From: Vermamoeba vermiformis
Lineage: Eukaryota
Reading direction: 5' to 3'
Length of the DNA: 64,000 nucleotides
Assembly: GCA_045837725.1 (NCBI GenBank)
Contig: JBEWZL010000044.1
Span: 62,001-126,000 of the forward strand
The notes under the pieces are model-generated. The model was given only the letters and a program-made list of their open reading frames with translations. It had not been told where the DNA came from and did not search any database. A program made the translations under genes and the position numbers. Positions 52,105 through 63,794 of this stretch are shown here, piece by piece; within the stretch, counting starts at the first letter, position 1; each line of letters begins with the position of its first letter.

Positions 52105-55100
52105 ATGGAGGCAAGAAAAAATCTGTTTTTGATCTCGATTTTTCTCCTAGGCTTTTCTGCTGTTAGTTTAGGCTTGAAACCACCAGCATGGGTCGAAGGA
52201 GGATTAGAAGGATTCAATCCAAGCGGTCGCATGTACTATTCTGCGATCCAAAGCTCAAACAAACGCGATCTGTGGTTGTTTGGCGGTTTTGATGGTAACA
52301 ATAAGATAATTTCAAAAATTATATTTACAGACGGGATAATTACCGTGTATTTTTTTGAAGTGATATCCTCCAAAACTAATCCGTTAATGTAAAATTAAAT
52401 CAGGTATAACGTTGCAAGGATTGGGCGATCTGTGGAAGCTAGATGTGCGAAACAATTATACATGGGTTAATTATACTGTAGAAGGCGATAAGCCCGCGCC
52501 AAGAGGCGAAGCAGTCCTTTGGATCGATAGCAAAGAAAATCTTTATATTTACGGCGGGAATAGCAATAACACAATGGATGTGATTACGTATTCAGACCTA
52601 TGGATGTTTAATTCGACCTCATTGCAATGGCACTTACTCCGAAATGAATCAGATCTCGTTCGAGGAGACCTTGGAAATGGCACGGCAGCAACACATCCAG
52701 GACCACGCGTTGGTGCGGCTGGTTGGACTCAAAATGACAACGAATTATGGTTCTTTGGTGGCATTGGCGTCCCTAGTCTATTTATTTATGCCGATGTATG
52801 GAAGTACACAATCGACAGCAATGTTTGGACTTGGATGTCGGGCCAAAGCGATCCGAGTCCTGGCCCAACTGACGACGTTACGTATAACAACCCTTCGACT
52901 ACTGCTTTACCCGGTGGAGCATATGGCGCCGGCGTTACTAAAGATACGGATGGAAACGTGTGGTAATTTATCCGATCTGATACACAATTTCAGATTTTGT
53001 GATTTGGCTCACTAAAAACCGGCCATAATTAACGAATATTATTAGGTTTATGGGAGGCCGAAACTTTGAGACTTCAAATCAACTCTGGAAATTTGATCCA
53101 AAAACTCTCGAATGGACGCTATTGAACGGAACACTGCGATTAAACAACGGAACGGTGGTTAACGAAGTATTTCAGAGTTATTATGCAGTTGGAGTCTATT
53201 CTCCTTCAGCGTACCCGCCGAATCCGTTCAAGTGCCCGTTGATCTACTCCGGCAATGGTTTGTTAACTCTAGTGCTTGGCGAAGGCTACAACGCACAAAC
53301 ACAAACGTCACAATTTCTAATGAATTTATGGAGCTACAACATCAGTTCTGGTCTTTGGGCGTTCATGTACGGACAACAAGGCCGCCAGTACGCGAAATTT
53401 CAACAATCGGATCTTGCAAATAGTCCCGGAGTACGAACCGGATTTGGAATGATCGGCACTGGCAGTGCATGGGTCATTAGAGGATTTTATTTGCCGGAAG
53501 CACCGACGGATACATTTGTTTATTCAGTCGATGTTTGCGGCACAGATCTCGCACCGGTGTGCACCATCAACGCCACGTGCATCGATAAGATTGGATATGC
53601 AGAGTGTCAGTGTAAAGAAGGATACGAAGGTGATGGAGTCACGTGTCAAGAAGTGATTGTGACAGCTCCACCGGTCTCCGAACCTGCCGTTGTACAAGCA
53701 CCACTTGCGGAGAATATAACGCCAACACAAGATCCAAACTTGGTCAATATAATAGTGCCCTCTGTTGTGATACCCGTTGTCGTTATAACAGTAGGTGTGA
53801 TAGTGTTAGTCGTGCTTCTCAAACGACGCAAACGAGCGTCAAAGAAGCGGTCAAAACTCGATGACGATAACAATGACAGCACTCTCGTAAGTTTATTTTT
53901 TTATGATTTGTTATAAAAAAAATAACAACGTACTAACTGACTTTAATAAGTACACGTCAATCGTTGGTCACGAGTTAAATGTCAAAACTGAATCGAATGT
54001 CACATCACACACTGCAACTATAACGACGAATCCAACGAGTGACTTGCACTCAAGCGAAGCTAAATCGTCAAATGATATCGATCGGATGAACATTCCGTTC
54101 AGTGAATTGAAATTTCGTCACGAGATTGGCGCGGGAGCGTACGGCAAAGTGTTCATCGGTGAATGGCAAATGACGACAGTGGCCATGAAAATCAGTAGCT
54201 TCTCTTCATCACAAGAGTTCTTGCGCGAGGCTGCTCTGTTAGTGTAAGTTATACCGTCAATTTAAACGAAAACTCATTCGTTCGTTCATAGAAATCTCCG
54301 ACCACATCCAAATGTCGTTCAAATACTTGGTGTGTCAAAGTCGATTGACGATGTGAATGTTGTAATGATCATGGAGTACTGTGACGGAGGTACGCTCGAG
54401 ATTAGTTTAGTTCAAGCAATACTAACGATCGGCTATTTCCTTTTTAGGAAGTCTCGACAAAGTGCTATCAACATCTAAAGTGCCATTTGCAACGAAAGTT
54501 CAGTACTTGTCTGGTGTTGCGAAGGGCCTCTTCCACTTGCATAAAAACAAAATTGTTCATCGGGACATTGCTGCTCGTAACGTTTTGGTAAGCACGATAA
54601 TTATAATGCTGTAAAGCCATTTAACAATAACTAATGACTTTAATATTTGTAGTTGTCGCGTGGAGAAGCCAAGATTTCCGTAAGTCACGACAAATGACAC
54701 GTGTCATTTTTTGCATTAGGTATTAACCAAAAGATAATTTAGGACTTTGGAATGTCACGAAAGATCGACAACCAAAGCGCACAAGGTACTTCAAAGTCAA
54801 CGGTTGGTCCAATTCCTTGGATGGTATGTGATCTGGCCACGAGGAGTGATTTGATACTAACGGCAAAATTTAAGGCACCCGAATCGATCAAGTCAATGGA
54901 GTACAGCAGAAAATCAGACGTGTGGAGCTTTGGTGTCTTATGCTGGGAAGTTCTGGCTGAAGAAGAGCCGCACAAGGGCTTAGATCTGCTTGAGACTGGC
55001 ATTGCAATTCGGTACGTACGCTGATTGATCAAGTTTAGTTTCTTTTTGCTAACTTCTTTTAGTGACTTTGGCAAAACACCAATAATTGACACTAATTGGC

Positions 55101-55260
55101 CTAAAGACCTTGTTGAGCTCATGCAAGATTGTTGGCAAATGGATCCAGATCTTCGACCAGTAAGGAATAATTGCTTTAAATATTTGTTAGGCTAATCACT
55201 CTGCAGACATTCAAAGATATCTGTGAAAGGATGAAGAAACATTTGAAAGTGAGCCAGTAG
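52105..55260 (+). CDS. Receptor tyrosine-type kinase 2 (paralogue of 43477-46619)
   Basis: Same architecture; HRDIAARN, DFG, PIPWMAPE, SDVWSFG; one extra intron in the kinase domain. Confidence 0.92.
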
Positions 55261-55359
55261 ATTACAAACTGAATGCTGGCCAAAAGAGAATGACTAAAAG
55301 ATTAATTTACTTTGACCATAATCTGCCGTAAAATTAAGAGCAATCAACTCTCTAACAAG

Positions 55360-58300
55360 CTACTTAGTGGTGTTGCCTTGTGTATTTCTTGTCTTCTTTA
55401 CTGGAGGACTTAAATTAATTTCGTCTTCATCATGCTTGCGCTTCACTTTCTGTTTTGTATCACTCTCTTGTTGTTCCAAGAGACTATTTCTGTAGGCAAA
55501 AATAAACAATGGTGATAACCAGTGGTCTCCATTTGAAATAACAACTTGATTTGCTTGCTCCAACTCAACCAATTGTTTGTAATATGGATGCTCTTCCTTT
55601 GCTTGAGTTAACTGCACACTAATTGGAGCAGCGTTTATGTTTGGAGAAATAAACATCCAAATTAGGTGTGGTTGTGCTGGCAAGTCCAGAGCCTCAATGT
55701 TATTTGCCAGATTGACAGGTTTAATCTCATATGTGGAGTTAGTAAAAGGATAAGCTCCATAGGCAACTTACTAATTCACTATTGTTTTCTACATTGTAAC
55801 ACTTAATGCACAACAGATGTGAGGCAGTGTTTCTATGGTTTGTTGAATAGAGTGGTACAATTGCATCTGCAAATGAAGTTTTCTTCTTGTTGAAAATGAT
55901 GTTTAGAAGGGAGTCCTTGGTGATATCTTCTATTGCTTGAACAACTGTAACTCCAGACAAGCAAATCTAGATTGACATTAGAAAAAGATTATACTTCAAC
56001 AGATTCAACTTACAAAATGATTGCTTGGCCAAGAGGGAAATACAGCAGACAATGGCACAAACTCTCCTAGTTGTGTGACATGAAGTTGATATTGAGCCCA
56101 AAGTGTTGCAGCAACTGCACACTCTAGTACACCATCTTCCTTTGTCATATTATTAGAGTTAAGCCCAGAACTTCCAACAATATGATCAATGGTGAAGTTA
56201 ACATGGTCGATGTTGTTTGGGATAGGAAACAAATCAATAGAAGACTAGTAAAGGTTAGTATAGTAGCACAATAGTTAACAGCAAAACTTACCTGACAAAG
56301 CTCTGTAAAGTAATGGAAGGGCATAGTGTAGCAACGCTTGGCAGTGGCCTCTTGTCCTGAACCAACAAATTCAAATGGAAAGAGAATTTCTGTCTCCAAT
56401 TTTGCATAGGTCTGCTTGCTGTTGCCAATAATGTCATCAGGTGTCTTTGGCAGGCATAAACTGCACTCTACCAACAGCCTTTGCCAATCTTTCTTCTTCA
56501 AAGCATACTTTTTGTTGGATGGTGGGTTTGCATGTTGCTCCATGAAGTAAGATTTCAATTTTAACATTAAAGAGTTCTCAACTTTCTGTAACTCTGCATT
56601 CTGGGGATCTTTTGATGATAAAATATACTTGTTGGATGAGATAGAACTGAACAAAAATTCAATTGCTCTTGGGATTCCAAATGTTTTGACCCACATCCTG
56701 TGTAGAAGTGATTTGGTTGCCTCAGCAAGTTCATCAGTATCACCTTCTTGCTTGTACTCCTCATTGTAATACTTGTGCATAACTGATGAGCACAAATTGC
56801 TGAGATATTTTTCATCCTTCAATGGGTTAAGAGGTAAGCTTGATCTTAAGAAAGCAACAGTTGGATCTTTCATCTCTTCAAGATTTCCAGTCTTGAGCCC
56901 AACCTGGCATTGAGGGATTAGTTAAGTATAATACTTGTTTTGTGAAGCACCTTACCATTAGTATGTGAGTAATCTTCAACTCATTAAAAATCTTCGTCAC
57001 ATGGTAGGCCATGTTTCTTTCTTCAACCTTGACATTTGTATAATTCTGAAGGTCTGATTAGTTACATCTGAATAAAGGTTTACTAATGGGCTTACCTGAC
57101 ATTCATCAATGTTTAGAAGAGTGACTTCATTTGTTGGTGACATTTCAATGCCTGGAAAAACTGGAACATATGGAATTTGATCAGCTGCTTGTTGAAAAAG
57201 CAGATACAATGCTTCTAAGGGACTTTTGGCAGGGAACAACTCTTTCAGTACTTGATCAGTTAATTTGGATGCCTCCAGCACTTTGTTGTTAACCAGCAGT
57301 ACAGGCCATTGATGTTGAATTGCTTTATGCAATATTTTTTGACAGACCTTCACAGGATCATTGTCACGCCCCCACATAAAGGCTGAAGTTGTTATAACTC
57401 TCTTTTGGCTGAGTGTCTTGTGCAGTTGGCCAAGGAAAGTTAAACGCTCTTCTATTTCTCCAATTGCTTCATCACTGTAATTCATGGCTTTGAAATGATC
57501 TTTTCTTTGCTCTTTTGTTGCCTGAAGGTCTGCCAACGTAATTTCTTTTTCATTGATGAGGTGTTGAGAGCGAAGTAAAAATGAAGATAGCACAATTGGT
57601 GTATGAAAAACTCTAATACCCCATTCTACTAACAGCCTAGTTTTTCCAAATCCAGGGCTAGTTGCTGCAATTGTGTACGTTTTCTTGGATGCTTTGGCTT
57701 GATAATTATTGAAGCAATCGTTTAATAACTCCAATATTGCCTGCTCTCGATTGAAAAACGGTGGATAAGTGAGTCCCTGCCATTGGCTAATGGAAGCAGA
57801 GCCCACTGGAACTTCGAAGGCAAATTTTTCTTGTCCAGGGAAGTCCAATCTTGGTTGACTCAAGATTCTATCCACGCAATCTTTGAGTTTTTTCAACTCA
57901 TCGTGCTGTGCTCTTGTAACGTAGATTAGGGCACCAGTGAGATCGATGCTCTTATACAGCTCTTAAAATTTGGTTAGAATGAATGTCTTGGGAATTAGAT
58001 GCAAGTATCATACCATATTGGGAGCTCTGTTTCTGTCGCTCCTTGAAATCTGCATACAACGCCCATCCGTCGCCCACTACGATTTGTGTACCAGTAATGA
58101 ACTCCTGGGCGGATTTGACGCCTAACAAACTTCTTCCTGTGATACGACAATCAGCCAACGCTTGTAGTGTTTTCGGTGCAGGTTTGTTCTGCAGAATAGT
58201 TGTTGCCCAATTTTGAACGTCGTAAAGGTCCCACTCGACGGGCTGCTTTTGTTTCCACGCATCTACATAACAAGTCACTCAAACTATCGGTAAACAATTA

Positions 58301-58465
58301 AAAATAATTTCTAAAATTATTAGGCAATATATGAAAGCTTTACAACGGAAAAATGAAGCGATAGGATTGCTACGACGTCGTTGCAATTTTGGATCAATGC
58401 ACACCGGCTCTTAAATTTGGTAATAACAGTCGTAAAAACATACCCGAATTATTATTATCCATCAT
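55360..58465 (-). CDS. SAM + P-loop NTPase + probable REase-fold protein (Crinkler/RHS-type architecture)
   Basis: All exon joins are in phase: MMDNNNS/DAWKQKQPVEWDLYDVQNWA (SAM); Walker A ATSPGFGKTRLL; Walker B LLNIDECQ; GIPRAIEFL; C-terminal FADAIV..LLCIKC. Confidence 0.75.
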
Positions 58466-60107
58466 CGTAAAGCGAAACAGACAAATGGAGTTTTGGTGAG
58501 GTAAAAACTACGCGATCAGCTGAAAAAGAAATCAGTTTTAGCTTCTTTCTGCCAATAAGGAATGAAATGAGCTAATTTAGAACTTACTATATATTTAGGA
58601 AGCTACTGCGTACTCTGTACGACGTGTTGGGTCGATTTCAGATGAGTTACGCCAACTCAACCCAGAAAAACCGCGCCGAATGTGCAAATGAACGAAAGTG
58701 AAGACTGTATTGATGATCATCATGAAGCAGGCATTCGTTAATAGGCGTGCGTCTTGTGTTCAGTTGTGCTAATGGAAGAAAAGCACGATTTTGGTTTTTT
58801 TTTGTTTAATACTTAAGTAAGCCCTTGTTGGCCACATTACCATGGATCAAATAATAATATAGTAATTTGATAATAATTGCATATTTTCGTCCCGTGCATT
58901 AGCCAAAAGAAGAAACCACAAGAGATTCGGATTGACGTAAAGGCGCCTCAACCAATAATCCAGGTAAATACCACATATCCATGAATAAAAAATATTCTTT
59001 TTTATGAGACTGTTTAAATTGCTGAGCGAATTTCTACTTATTTTGCAAATCTGATCGAGTACGGGGGGCACGATAAATTTGTATCGTCCAATTATTAACT
59101 AGTTGAGACAGCAAACATTCTTCCTGATCGGGTCTGTTCAAAACGAATCTTGGAAGCGTACAAGTCGATACGAAAGAGCCAATAACGACTCAGGAGCTAA
59201 TCGTACCATTAGCGCACCACGTTGTTCTCGCTATTAGTGCCAGTCTCGAGCAGAAAGTTTTTACACGTACGTTGATTACTTTAATACAGCAAGCACGTGC
59301 TTGTGAGCGTATTTAATCCACGCCGTTTAAACGCAACAAGTGGGAAGAATTTGAATTTCGAATAGTTGACAAGTAGCAAACACTGCTGTAAGCAAAAACG
59401 ATTGTTGCTTCATAATATGACATTTGTTTCCGAATAATAGCAAAATGAATCGTCAACGGAAGTTTACGCAACCTCCATCACTAGATCTGTCTTGTCTCTA
59501 AAAGATATTGAAATAGGTTACCCGTAACCTGTGTATTTTAGCGACGAGGACTTTCAGGGAGCGAAGCGAACAGATCTGCTGTTGTGGGTTATGAAATCGC
59601 ATTGTGGTGACAATTCCTTCGCTCGTTGTTGAGTAAGTTGTAAGATGTTTCGATCAAAGTATCAAAATCAATTAACAGGATTATTACGATGCAATTATGT
59701 GTGCTTTTGCGTCCAAATTAACATTTAATTACGAAATCACGTTCAGAATCTCCAAAAATAGCATACGATTTCTTCTGGAAGCGCAATAATTGTCATAGAC
59801 AGTAAACGTAAAGCTTCGAAATTAATATGTTAATGATATTGAATCAAATCGATTTCGCTAAGCAGCGTTTCGTAACTCTTCCGTTGGAAATATATTCGTT
59901 CATTATTATAGAGCGAATTCCAGTGACCGTTGCGGGTAATAAAGCTTTGAAATTAATGTCAAGCTGTCTAAAAATGGAAATTAAAATATAATTTAACGTA
60001 GGTCGGTCCATGATTGGCCAGTTTTTTCCTGACAAACCCATAAAAAGCTAAATCAGCGCAACTAATTTCATTCTATTCTTAACTTTCAGTAGACAACGAA
60101 AGCGATA

Positions 60108-61375
60108 ATGTCTATCAAGAAGTTTATTTGCTTACTTGCTATCTTCGGCCTCCTCGCCGTTTCCTTGGCTTCAACTCCCGGATCTGACGCTCCATCTGCT
60201 AACGCTCCTCAATCCGACTCTCCTCAAGCTGAAACTCCGAACGCCGATAGTTCTACTCCGGCGGTCGATTCTCCTGCCTCCAACTCCAACTCCACTGAAG
60301 TTGAAAGAAGATTCGAATTCTCCTTTGGTTCCGACCAGATTGAAGCCCGTATTCGCATTCGTCAAGGTGACTCCGAGAGTGAAGTCCGTCACGAATTGAG
60401 AGCTGAATCCTCTGGCGCTGAATTCAGAGTCGAATTCGAACAAAAAGCTGGCGACACCGAAAACCAACTCCGCATGCGCTTGCGTTTGTTCGAGTTGATC
60501 GAGTACGTCCCTGACCAAACCCCTGGCTATCAAAACGAGACAGTAAGTATTGAATTGACGTAACAATTTCATATTTACATTTGTGTTCACGAGATTTTTT
60601 TTGGGATCTCAATTAATTAACTTTGCCACGCAGATCGTTAACACTTACAACTCTTGGGACTGGGGCAATGGCTTCGCTGACGAGACTCCTGCTGGATCTA
60701 ATGACTCTAGAGTCTTTACTTTGAAGACTGCTGACAACATTTTTGCCATCACCATCCGCATCAACCGCCCTGTTGAAGGAAACCTCACTGTAAGTATTTA
60801 AGCTTTAATACTATGTAGAGCCAAGGATTAATATTTCCGGTCGCTAGGTTAACCCTGAAGACGTAAAGTTTGACCTTCATTTGGACGCTGATGCGATGCG
60901 TGCCGCTGGTTGGTTGAACGGTACTGAAGTCGCTTTGAATGCTGCCTTGGCCTCAAGACTCGAGACTGAGCAAGGCCAAGAAGGCTCTAGCGACGAGCAC
61001 TCCATTGCTTTGGGCACATCTGGCGCTGCTGAGTTCGGTGCTTTGTTCGTGTCTTGGATCAACTACATTCAGTGCGGTGACACTAAGGTCTCCGTTGTTC
61101 CTTCTGCCTTGCGCGTGGACAACAACCAAACTGATGCGAGCGACGACGCTGGCAGCACCGCCCACGTCGTTTCTTTTGCCTTCGTGGATTTGAGTGCTCC
61201 ATCCAACACTCAATGCATCTGGGACCCTACTCTTTCTGCCACCCGTGCTAGTGCTGTTGCTGCTCCTACTACCGGCACCAATCCCTCCACTGGCGTTCCT
61301 ACTGCCAGAACCAGCGGTGCTACATCCGTCGTTGCTTCGATGGCTGTTTTGGCCACAGCAGTTGCTTTGTTCTAA
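60108..61375 (+). CDS. Secreted, probably GPI-anchored protein of unknown function
   Basis: Signal peptide, S/P/A-rich linker, beta-rich core ending CIWDPTL, T/P stalk, SGATSVVASMAVLATAVALF; 3 exons; strong codon bias. Confidence 0.8.
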
Positions 61376-61605
61376 ACCGTGCATTGTATTTTCTCAAATG
61401 TCAAGCGTACTGCTTGAAATAAATATGGTTAGAGAAAAATTAGGCAACGAAGGAATTTTTTTAATTTTTTCATACGCTTTATTATATATTACAGGCTAAA
61501 TAAATAAAAATGAAGTGTATTTGATGGGTTTAGAAAATATAGTGATAGACTAGTATTCTATAAAAAAAATTCTAAACTGAAAAAAAGATCTCGATCAGAA
61601 TCGCT

Positions 61606-63794
61606 TTAGAGCGTCTTCTTTCGATATTCTTCTTCGGACACGAGCTTAGCAACACGAAGACCGGCTAACTCGTTTCTAGCAGCTTGAGAGTGATTGTAGA
61701 CTGTCTCATTGAAGGCTTGAGTCGCGTCTTTGCCAATGTACGCTTTGATCAACGCACGGCCACCCGGGTGTTCGTTAATGAAATCCGTCACGTCGTGAAC
61801 GAGGTTATCGATCGTGATCAAATGAGCTCCTTCAGCGCATCGGGACTTGAACTGTTGCAAAGACATATCGGGCAATTCGTCGATAGATTTGCCCCAGGAG
61901 AACTTTGACTTCTGTTCGTCAATTCTCTTTTGCTTCATTTGGATGACTCCCTTTTCGAACAAATCGGGCTTGAATCGCTTCAAGTTGTAGGCAATGCCGA
62001 AGTAGCCCAGCAACGAGATCAACCACTTGCCTAATGTATTGTACGTTAGTACCACACGTGTCAATAGTTAGAGCGTTGCACAACTTACCAGGGTCGTAGT
62101 GCATCCATCTCAAGCCATTTCTGTAGTCATAAGGGAACTCGTGATGGAAGTTGTGATAGCCTTCACCGAATGTGAACAACGAGACAATGTAGCTGTCACG
62201 AGGAGTGCGTTGATCGCTGTACGTGAAATCGCCCCACCAGTGAGCCAAACTGTTGATGAAGAAAGTAGCGTGTTGAATGAAAACAGCCTTAGCAAAGCCA
62301 CCAATGAAGAGACCGCCGAGCCAGTCACCCCAGCCGAGGCCAGCAATTAAAGTAGGCAAAACAATGCCCAATCCGAGAGCGAAGTAAGGGTAGTACTTGT
62401 GTTGGAAGGCTATAAGTTACATCGTTAGAAAAAGTTTTGATATCTTGGGTAATGTAAGAAGCTAGGACTTACTCAAAATAGGATCGGCTAACAAGTCGCT
62501 AATGTCGACCTCAGCTTCAGTGTAGTACTCAGGACCCCACGATTCACGCTTCCAAATCAACCAGCCCATGTGCGAGTACCAGAATCCACGCTTAGCGTTG
62601 TACGGGTCCTTGTTTGTGTCGGTGTAACGGTGGTGAGCACGGTGATCGCGGCACCACGAGATAACGGAGCCTTCAAAAGTTGAGGCACCAGCCAACATCA
62701 AGGGAATCTTGGCGATGCTCTTGACGTCGTAGGAACGATGAGACCACAAGCGGTGATAGCCCGAAGTAATACCAATGCCACCAATGTAGTACAAGATGAA
62801 GCCGAGCAACAAAGTCTTGGCGTGAACTTCACACACGAAGAAACCGATGAAGGCCAAGAAGATAGAGCCGAACAACCAAGCAGTGACGAACCAATCAACC
62901 TTCTCTGCGAGGGACTTGACACTAAGGCCAGTGTCGTCATTGGAGAAAATGAACTTGGTCAATGAAGTTTCTTGGAGTTGCTACGTTTGTGCGTTAGATC
63001 CGGCCATTAAAAAACTTGAATTGCGCAACTTACCTTATCAAACTTCTCTTGCAAGTGCTTGTATGCTTTCTTAATGTTGTAGTTGGGTACGGCGATGCTG
63101 TCGACAATCATGTAGTTGAAGTTGTCGGACAAGAGCTCGACCCACTTGGGAAACTTGACGGCAAAAGTGACGGAGATTTCGTTCTTGAGCTGTTCTTTGG
63201 TCTTTTGCACGGTCTCTTTGTACTCCTCGTAACGCTCAGAGGCCAACTTGAGCAAGGCAACGTGAGGTAACTGATGGGCCTTTTGGAACGAGCTGGCCCA
63301 GAAGTGATAGACCAACCACGGCATTAAGTAGTACTTGACGAGACTAAGTAATGTGTTAGTAATTGACATTATAAAATGAAGCTTAGAATCATCAAAAACC
63401 GGATCTTGATCTCCATCCGTAAGGAAAAAACTTACCCCCACCAGCCCAAGTTTAGAGCCATCAATGGGAAGAAGATGCAAACAAACGCGTAAATAAGGAT
63501 CATATTCACCATTGCTCGCTTCTCTAAGTTAATGTACGGAGTGACTTGCGCCTTGATCCATTGCCAAGGCGAAGCCACGAACCAGAAAGGAGACGATAAA
63601 AGTCCTATAAATATGCTTATTAGTAATGTACTCGACAAGTACTAAGTGAAGTACATACTTGAATTGTTATAATATTTCTGCCAGGATTGGAAAGGAGTCA
63701 TTAAAGGCAGCATGCACAACGTGCCAATAACGTCGTTTAAGCGCTTATTTTCAACAAAAGCGCCTTTACTGCACGCGTAAGAAACTGTGAGCAG
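61606..63794 (-). CDS. Delta-9 acyl-CoA desaturase (OLE1-type) with C-terminal cytochrome b5 and an N-terminal degenerate FAD6/DesA-like domain; 5' end probably outside the window
   Basis: His boxes HRLWSH, HRAHH and HNFHH; b5 motif HPGG; in-phase upstream exons (..EKFDK/QLQETSLTKF..). Confidence 0.92.

Noticed and set aside
58480-60100. Long divergent intergenic region with short ORFs
   Set aside because: No supported coding or repeat structure.
60136-63270. Many overlapping antisense and alternate-frame ORFs
   Set aside because: Expected by-product of codon bias in the GPI-protein and desaturase genes.
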